Origin: the human T2T-CHM13v2.0 reference genome, Homo sapiens
Length of the DNA: 64,000 bases
Strand: one strand, 5' to 3'
NCBI RefSeq assembly: GCF_009914755.1
Contig: NC_060933.1
Shown piece by piece: positions 54,744 through 64,000 of the stretch (the stretch's first letter is position 1; every line of letters begins with the position of its first letter). The notes beneath the pieces are model-generated. The model ran no database searches. It saw only the letters and a program-made list of their open reading frames with translations, and was not told the DNA's origin. The position numbers and the translations under genes are program-made.

Positions 54744-55485
54744 TCAACCTTCCATTACTGGAAGGTTATCCATCTATGGATTACATACACACCATAGTTC
54801 TCATTTCTTCTCTTATTATCAATTAGAACTCATACTCCCCAGAGGCAAGGGGTGGGAGAAAAAGAAATTCAAATTAGTTTCCTATTCTCTACTTGTTTAG
54901 TAGGTTTGGTTGTCAAAGCAGGAGTTTAAAACAAATAGTGTTTAAGACAACAGAGAGTTGCACATAAGGTCAGAATGCCTTTTTTTTCTTTTTCTTTTTT
55001 CTCTTTTTTGCAGAACATCAGAGTCTTCCTGGAATGAATTTCACTATTCTCCTAAGAGAAGACAGCAGGCTACAGTGTCCTAAATTCTGTCCAGAGCCTA
55101 AGTCATTCATGATTAATGTGAAGCCATGACATTTCTAGTTACTGCAGTAATAATGTGTCTAAGGTCAGATATTCCCAATGTTTGGAGTCACCACACCTTA
55201 ACTTTATATTTATCTAGTTATATGATACTTGATACTTTTCCCTTCCCTTAAAAGAATTTTTCTTTTGAAATAACTTTAGACTCACAAGAAGTTGCAAAAA
55301 TATTACAGAACATTTCCCTGTACCCTTTACCCAGCTTCCCCAAACAATAACATCTTACATAATCATAGTACATGATCAAAACCAGGGAAATGACACTGAC
55401 ACAAATACTATTAACAAAACTACAGACCTTACTGAATTTTATCCGTTGTTATATACTCATATGCTATATATTGTATGTATGTATA

Positions 55486-55808
55486 CAGTCAACCCTCAGT
55501 ATCTGTGAGCGACTGGATCCAGGACCTCCTGCACATACCAAAATCCCTGGATGCTCAAGTCCTCCATATAAAATGGAACAGTATTTGCATATAATGTATG
55601 CATAGTCCTCTCCTATAGTTTAAATCAACCCTAGGTTACTTAACAATGTAAATGCTATGTGAATAGCTGTTATACTGTAGTGTGTAGGGAATAATGACAA
55701 GAAAAGTCTGTACATGTTCAGTAAAGATACAATTTTTCTCTGAATATTTTTGATCCATAAGTTGTTGAGTTCACAAATGCAGAACCCATAGATACAGAGG
55801 GCTGACTG
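55486..55808. mobile_element. MER2 (Tigger MITE) nested in a minus-strand L1MC fragment (~55255-55960)
   Basis: TIRs CAGTCAACCCTCAGTATCTGTG / CATAGATACAGAGGGCTGACTG with TA on both sides. Confidence 0.85.
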
Positions 55809-57033
55809 TATTATGGGGGGGTATCTAGTTCTATGAGATTTTATATGTAGAGATTTGTGTAATAACACCACAATCAGGACACAGAATTGTTCTATCACTA
55901 CCTGTGTTATCCCTGGCAGTCACACATATGTTCTTCATCAATGTAATTCTGCCATGTCAAGAATCTTTTATTCCATTCATGTTTCATTTTCTCAAAGTGT
56001 AAAAAATAATCTGAAATGTTGAGAATGACATAATATGATAGAATTGAGTGGTATCTTCATGATTTCAAAGAGTAACTGTGTTCTCCTTTGTCCTGGAAAG
56101 GATGGGGCACAGACATGGCTTCAAAACACACAACTACAAAGTATATGCACAAAGTAACTAACTTATGAGCCAGATTAAAGAAAAGGTGGGACCCTTAATA
56201 GAAATGGAAGGGGTTAGATCTTCAACTCTGTATACCCACAAACAAGAGGTGAGTTCTAAGATACATAACAAGGAATGCCTTGTGCATAGCATGTTATAAT
56301 TGAACAATAACAAATACTCAGTGGACATGACCTACCCAGGGTAGGGACTCTGACACACTCATCTTTATTTCTGCCTTAGTACCTAAAAGAATGCCAGACA
56401 AATAGAACTTAATGAATATGTGTTGGATGGATTGATGGATTTCCTATGCTGAGATTTAGTTTTAGCATTATTTAAATAGCATTCTTACCAGTGGTATTTC
56501 TGTATGAATGATACCCTTAAATTTGAAACTGAATGTAAAAAAAATGTTAAATCTACAAGATTCCTGGAATCATAAAGTAGGAGGATTAAATCTGAGTTTA
56601 ACAAAGAGTTAAGTCTGACTTTAACAAAGAAATAAAATTACTGCTTCTTTGGAGGTGTGTTATCAATTCTTTAAGACAAAAAAAGTATCAGCCCAGAAAT
56701 TCCTATTGCATATCAATTAATTAGTATTCCAGGGGCCTTATCCCTGATACATTGATGATTCTCTAGCTGGCAATCAGCTCTCTATTGAGTAACAGGAACC
56801 AGCCTGATAGCTCCAATTATTATAAAACTGGCTGGAAGACAAATAGAGGGAGGCTGGGAGAATACTGGTGTGAAACACAGAAAGGAAACGTAAAAATGGA
56901 CTAGACCCAGAATTTTAGTAAATATCTTGCCATGATCACGGAGTCCTCTGATAAGAGTTAGACGAGCCCATGTTCTGGGAAGGGATCTGTATTTCACTCT
57001 ACTGATAAACCAGCTCATCACATCATAAATAAA

Positions 57034-57673
57034 AAATAGGAACACTTTTACACTGTTGGTGGGACTGTAAACTAGTTCAACCATTGTGGAAGTCAGTGTG
57101 GCGATTCCTCAGGGATCTAGAACTAGAAATACCATTTGACCCAGCCATCCCATTACTGGGTATATACCCAAAGGACTATAAATCATGCTGCTATAAAGAC
57201 ACATGCACACGTATGTTTATTGCGGCATTATTCACAATAGCGAAGACTTGGAACCAACCCAAATGTCCAACAATGATAGACTGGATTAAGAAAATGTGGC
57301 ACATATACACCATGGAATACTATGCACCCATAAAAAATGATGAGTTCATGTCCTTTGTAGGGACATGGATGAAATTGGAAATCATCATTCTCAGTAAACT
57401 ATCGCAAGAACAAAAAACCAAACACCGCATATTCTCACTCATAGGTGGGAATTCAACAATGAGAACACATGGACACAGGAAGGGGAACATCACACTCTGG
57501 GGACTGCTGTGGGGGGAGGGATAGCATTGGGAGATACACCTAATGCTAGATGACGAGTTAGTGGGTGCAGCGCACCAGCATGGCACATGTATACATATGT
57601 AACTAACCTGCACATTGTGCACATGTACCCTAAAACTTAAAGTATAATAATAAATAAATTAAAAAAAGAAAAA
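57034..57673 (+). mobile_element. L1PA2/L1PA3-like 5'-truncated L1 (ORF2 C-terminus, 3'UTR, A tail)
   Basis: ORF 57084-57524 is the L1 ORF2p C-terminus (WRFLRDLELEIPFDPAIPLLGIYP...FSLIGGN). GAG diagnostic in GATGACGAGTTAG. Candidate TSD ATAAATAAA. Confidence 0.93.
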
Positions 57674-58829
57674 ATAAATAAATCAAGTAATTCAAAACAA
57701 CAACAACAAAAATCAGATAGCTACTCTGTATGGATGGGGTTTTCTAATTTATCAGCTTCTTGATTTGAAAAACCTGAATGTACATTTCGAAATCCACAAG
57801 TTCACCATTTAACTACTGTATACAAAAACTTATTTCAGAGGAATCAAATAACTTTAAATTTCCACTGGCAAGGCTGCTCAGAAATATATTGCCTGATAAA
57901 CCATCTCTACTCGCTTAATGCCGTACACAGAGGTCAGAACAGAGGGCTGTTAATTCTTGTAATGGAAGGTGCTGTGGTGTTCCTGAGGTAAAGGGAAAGT
58001 GTGGTTTTCTGTTTTCTGGAGATGAACCTAACAGATTACTCATTGCCACTCCATAGTAAAGCACAGATGAGTGTTAGCACAGGAGAATTTAAAGAACCAG
58101 CACATGAAGTGGGAAATTACCTGTCACATTGCTTGGATAAGATGGAATCAGGCACATACCTGCCACTAGAAAACTTTCCACTTACAAGGGGTTAGAGGAT
58201 ACCCTAAAAAAATTGTCAGTGGTATCACTCCTAAGTTCAGGGTACTGAAATGAATATCCAAGACACTCATACTTGCAAGAATACTTTTTCCTCTTCATCT
58301 TTTCAATGGCAGTATAGATCACAGAGAATGACAACAACAGCATAACAACAAATAACACTGAGCACCTGATGCCTGCCAGGCTCTGTTCTGTCTGTTCATT
58401 GCCCAGGTATCAACACAGTTCACAGCAATGAAATGGCCATTAAAGACGCTTCATAAATTTCTGGTTAACTTAAAAGGAAGCTGCAGTTTTTGCTTGCCAT
58501 TCTTTTTGCTTTGCCTCAGTTGAATAATAGAGAGAAAGGCTCACTTTGCTTGGGGTGAAAGAGTTAAATTAATCTAGCTTAACAAAAGACAAGACTAAGA
58601 GGAACTGTATCTAGCTCTGCTAGTTCCAACATACATCATCTAGAACCAAAAACCAAACCAAACAAAAACCCAAAACAAGGCAAAGAAAAACAACAAAACC
58701 TCCAACTAAACAAAAGACATACAAACTATTTGCTCCTAGAGTAAAATCTGGGAAGCTACCCAGGATTGAAGATATGTTACAGACAATTTGTGAAGCAGGT
58801 AAAATTTATAGACCACGAACGACATTTTT

Positions 58830-59136
58830 GGCTGGGCGCAGTGGCTCACACCTATAATCCTAGCACTTTGGGAAGCCCAGATCACTTGAGGCCAGGAGTT
58901 TGAGACCAGCCTGGACAACATGGTGAAACCCCATCTCTACTAAAAATACAAAAATTAACTGGGTGTGGTGATGCATACCTGAAATGTCAGCTACATCGGA
59001 GGCTTAGGCATGAGAATCGCTTGAACCTGGCAGGTAGAGGTTGCAGTGAGCCACCATTGCACCACTGCACTCCAGCCTGGGCAACAGAGTGAGACTCTGT
59101 CTCAAAAAAACAAAAACAAAACAAAAAACAAAAAAA
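58830..59136 (+). mobile_element. AluS
   Basis: Full dimer with a small left-arm deletion and (CAAAA)n tail. Confidence 0.92.
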
Positions 59137-61317
59137 CCCTGCATTTTTCATTGCCAAGAAGGGATCAAAGAGCTGCTGCCCGCATAACCCCCAATCCCAT
59201 GCAACCCCCCTCACTCTGGGCTCACAGGACTCAGAGGAGGGATTCAGCACACTCTGTATTTCACATCTGCCAGGGAAAAAGGGAACTTTGTTCCCCTAGA
59301 AATGGAGTTCTAGCATGGTAAGAGTAGAACATCATCATTTGATGGTCCTCGTCACATACTGAGAAAAGGTAATAAAATAATCTCTTAACTGAATTGTACT
59401 TTCCATTGAAGCATTTTCTATTCTAAAAAAAAAATTGGTGGAATATGAGGGATAGGTTCATGTTAAATTATTCCATTCATTCGACCTTTTAAAAAAAAAA
59501 CCACACCGAGGTCTGAACAAATTTATACTGTAAATTCAGAGTTAATTATAGCCATAATTTGTTTTGTAGGAATGATTCTGAGTGGCTGTTGAGGTCATTC
59601 TCAAGGGTGTTGCCATGGTGCCAGGCACAGGTACATTTCCAAGGCAATGTATGTGTAACAAGTATCTGGTAGTGACTCTCTCCTGATGTCAGGGAGAGGA
59701 AGCTCCCATGTTTTACATAAGGCTTGTTAAGTGTCTAGGAGACAAGCTATTCATGTTAGAAAATGGGAGATTTAGCTGCTTAAACCCACCTTACTCCAAT
59801 CCCTCCATGGGGATTTAATGACTTTTCACTGTGCTGAGACATTATAAATTATTAATTTATAATTTTTTTTAAAAAAAGAAACCCCGAGCTCAATATTCTT
59901 CCACATGTTTGCCCAGTTAGCTATGGCCCTCACACTCGGTGGTCAGAACCCACAAGTGCTTTTGTCCACGGCTATATCAACAACACTTAGCCAAGGGCCT
60001 GGAGCACAGCAGGTGCTCAGCATGGACCCAAATTAAAACTATTTTATGGGAAGTGCTGTAGTGGTTAGAAAGGCAAAAACACAGGAGAGGGGAGGTTGTT
60101 AGCTATCCATCCTTACGAAATTACTTCTCTCGGCTATTACTGGCCTGCATCATGTAATAACCAAGTTCTGAATAAAAATGTCTCTGACAAAGACAACACA
60201 GAAAGAGAAAGCATTATTTGTTTAACTTCATTTAGTAGATTTGCTTCCTGCTATTCTTTAGGTCCTGGCTAGAGAATGACAAAATGTTTATGTCCATTTT
60301 ATACCTGTTTCAAGCTTTCAGGCCTTAGCATTCTGTCTAACACAGTGCAAACTGAGAAGGTGGGACTTTATCAACAAGACATTTCTGACACAATCTTCTT
60401 GATGGAAAAAAGGTTTTTGATGGTTTTCTGTGAAAAGTGAGGGAACACAGACACTTGCATATTAATGTTTCAGTGATTCCTTTCTGACCATAAGCAAAAT
60501 GCAGAGTCATCTGGAATTAAACAACATATTTTGGCCATGACATTATGGTAGATGCTACAGATAGGAAGATTCATTGGATATGATCCTTACCTGCAAGGAG
60601 TTTATCAATTTGTGGGGAAATAAGGGTTACATAAAAACAAGAATGGTGAGATTTATAGAGATGAAATGAACCTTTGTATATTTTGGATACAGTCACTTTC
60701 TGGGAACCTGTTCGAACAATCTCTAGCCCTTGGTGATAATCCTCAAAACATTCTTCTGTGTAGTATGGCTGCACTGCATGAAAGACTTAACAGAAATCAT
60801 GCCCATTAGTTTACACCTTGTAACAGATAAATTCTTTACACGCTGAATGTCAGGATAATCTCTGGCTGAAGAAAAATAAATTCAGAAACAGGACATAATC
60901 CACTACTTTAAATGATTAAAATATATGACAGAAGCTTCAACTTCTCTAAAATAATATGCCCAAATCAATATTACATACAACACTTTCTCTCTTATGTTTT
61001 AAAAAGAGATTCCAATTGTTCCTTAATTTTGACACTTTATCAATAAGTTTTGAGGTGACCTTCAAATTAATTTATGCTCCCATTTGACATGAATGCAAAC
61101 TGATTTTTAAAAGTCTCTTTTTAAGATTAAAAAGAACCACCCCTCCCCCCACCTATGACTGGAAGAGTAACTGAAATCTAGACCAAGAATAGCACAGAAA
61201 TTAAAAATTCAAGTGCTTTGTTTTCTCTTAAATGAAGGAAACAAAAAATTAAAATTTAGAGATATGAGCTGGCAGGTAAAACATATCACATTATAGCTAG
61301 GGTTAATAAATTTTATA

Positions 61318-61455
61318 AGCCAGGTGTGGCGGCATGTGCCTACAGTCCCAGCTACTTGGAAGGCTGTGAGGCAGAAAGATTGCTTGAACCCAGGAGTTTC
61401 AGGGTGTAACCACTGCACTCCAGCTTGGGCAACACAGTAAGACCCTGACTCTAAA
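61318..61455 (+). mobile_element. Alu monomer (FRAM/AluJ right arm)
   Basis: AGCCAGGTGTGGCGGCATGTGCCTACAGTCCCAGCTAC...CCACTGCACTCCAGCTTGGGCAAC. Confidence 0.8.
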
Positions 61456-62040
61456 TACATATATTAAAGTTAGAGGCATACAACCCTCAGTAATCACACC
61501 AAAAGGCAAAAAGTACCTGTGGATAGTTAAGTAGGAACAGAAATCTCTGAAATTTCATGCAAATCCAACCAGACACAATAGGATAAATGAAATCGCATCT
61601 TGGGGCTTTCAATGTAGCATGACACGGGGTGTGTGTTGGAGGTTGGGGAGCTCTTTGACCCCTATGTAAGGGCCTCCTATAGAGAGGCTGCATTTATAAC
61701 AAATTTGCAGTTCACGTCAAATATTAAGATGAAGTTATGGCACAGAAAATGATTCTGGGTAGGTCTTCACATTTTTAATTATTGAAAAGAAGGTTAGAAA
61801 AACGAGGTCGACTTCATTTAAAAAAATTAAGAAGACCTCATTGTGAGAGGAACAGTCTTTGGGGAGTTGAAAGCTAGATCATGCCATGAGACGGTGTCTG
61901 ACACTATCAAAAGCACTGGAAGCTAAAGAGAAATCAGAAACACACAGTTATCGTGCAGTTGCTATATGACCACAAAAGTCCAAAGGAAAAAAGTGAAAAA
62001 AAAATTGTAAAGTGACCTGCAAAAACAAATGAAGAAGTAA

Positions 62041-62638
<598 letters not shown>

Positions 62639-63269
62639 AAAAAGTTTGCTTTTAATACAAAGTGGCAGGTTCAAAACAAAGATCACTCGGTAGCAGGTGG
62701 GTTATAATCCTACCATTTATGAATGCTGTTCAAGGGAGACTATTCTGGAGGATAAAAGAGAAGGCTTCGAAATTATGCATTTCAATTTCCCTCTACCAAA
62801 GAACTAACCCAATCTAGAAAAGATTTTTAAAACTAAATTAAATATCTCCTAAAAAGATTCTATCACTGCATTTGGTAAATAGTTTCATTATCTTATGAAT
62901 CTGAAAGTCTGACATAAAGAGAGCACTAGTGCCAAATAGGAAAAGGGCCAGGCAACTAAGTGTCTGCCAGACAGATGCCAGGGCTGGGCTCACAGCAATA
63001 GATTCTCAGGTGTAGTGCTCCAAAAAATAAATCAACTTTGTAATTGAAAACGAAAACAAAACAACAATAGCAATGAGAGAGAAAGAGAGAAAAGAAAGAA
63101 GGAAGTCTTTTTCAATTTGCCTATTTGGCTTTGTTAATTTATTCATCTTTTATATATGATAACTTTCCAAGCTATTGGTTAATTTTGACACAATTCTAAA
63201 ACATATCAAGAAATAGCTGAAGATTACTTTTTAATTCTGGTCTGCCTGCCTTGAAACTGGATGGCGATG

Positions 63270-63860
63270 CTTAATTCAGTTAATTTACACATATTTATTG
63301 GGAATCTGTTATACATTAATTTCTAATGCAGTGTGTTAGATGGAGGGAGATTGGCACAGAGAACTGGCACAATATATGTTAAAATACCTTCTTTGCCTTT
63401 AGGGATTTCAGGCTACCTGTGAAGCAAAGAGAGCACCGATGAATCAATTAAGAAACAATTAAGTGCCAGATTGTGAGCTGCTAATGATGAATGCAATAGG
63501 AAGGGAGAGATGATTATGAACTGTAGTCACTGGAGAATAGTGTGCAGTAGAGGTGGGGATGGGTTACTCTGTGCAGACAGAATGGGATTTGAACAGGCAG
63601 AATAGGACAGATGACAGATGAGAAGAAATTAGGAAAGGTACAGAACTTCCTTTTTCCTCTATCACTCATTCATTCAACAACTTTTACGGAAAGTCTACAG
63701 TAAGCTAGGCACTAGGCTTAGGCTGAGCGTGAACTACAAAGAAAAAAGGACACAAATCATGTCCTCAAGGAGATTATAGTCTGGCAATGAAGAAAAACGT
63801 GTTATAAATAACCGTAATACAATGCAGATGTAATATGGGTCAAAAGAGAGCTTCCAGTGA
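63270..63860 (-). mobile_element. L2 fragments
   Basis: TCACTCATTCATTCAACAAC...CTAGGCACTAGG...CCTCAAGGAGATTATAGTCTGG, typical of an L2 3' end in reverse. Confidence 0.6.
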
Positions 63861-64000
63861 TTGCAGCCAAGAGCAATGAGCAATAAATAGGTCATACTGA
63901 TTTAAGTGGGTCTCCCATGGTCATGTCAGTTATGTCACCTTAATTTGGATATTGCTTCTGTGAGATTAGAACTTTCATTTTGACAAGGATGATCAGGTCT

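Noticed and set aside
57084-57524. 146-aa ORF as a host gene
   Set aside because: It is the L1 ORF2p C-terminus in a truncated copy with no promoter.

Overview
Primate DNA, most likely human, lying entirely inside the GNAQ gene (G-alpha-q), which runs on the minus strand. Only two coding exons are present: exon 4 (54457-54585, switch I, R183) and exon 5 (51400-51529, switch II, Q209). Both hotspot codons are wild type. The rest is intron 3, intron 4 and about 51 kb of intron 5, dense in Alu, L1/HAL1, LTR, MIR/L2 and DNA-transposon relics. The standout structure is a ~3.4 kb composite insertion at 16681-20099. It is a full-length SVA (D-like, antisense to GNAQ) whose 18-bp target-site duplication (AAAAACAAAGGAAAAGGT, 16663-16680 and 20100-20117) lies 479 bp upstream of the hexamer. 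The element therefore carried a 5' transduction (MIR-like piece + Alu monomer + cut-off L1M fragment + the probable TSD of its source element) from another locus. Other points: a tandem GTAGTA donor at exon 4 whose alternative use would create a stop codon, a probable exon 4-5 circRNA unit, a tiny young L1 insertion, a palindrome-associated template-switch scar, inverted Alu pairs and a candidate CTCF site. Repeat subfamily calls were made by eye, and boundaries of old repeats are approximate.
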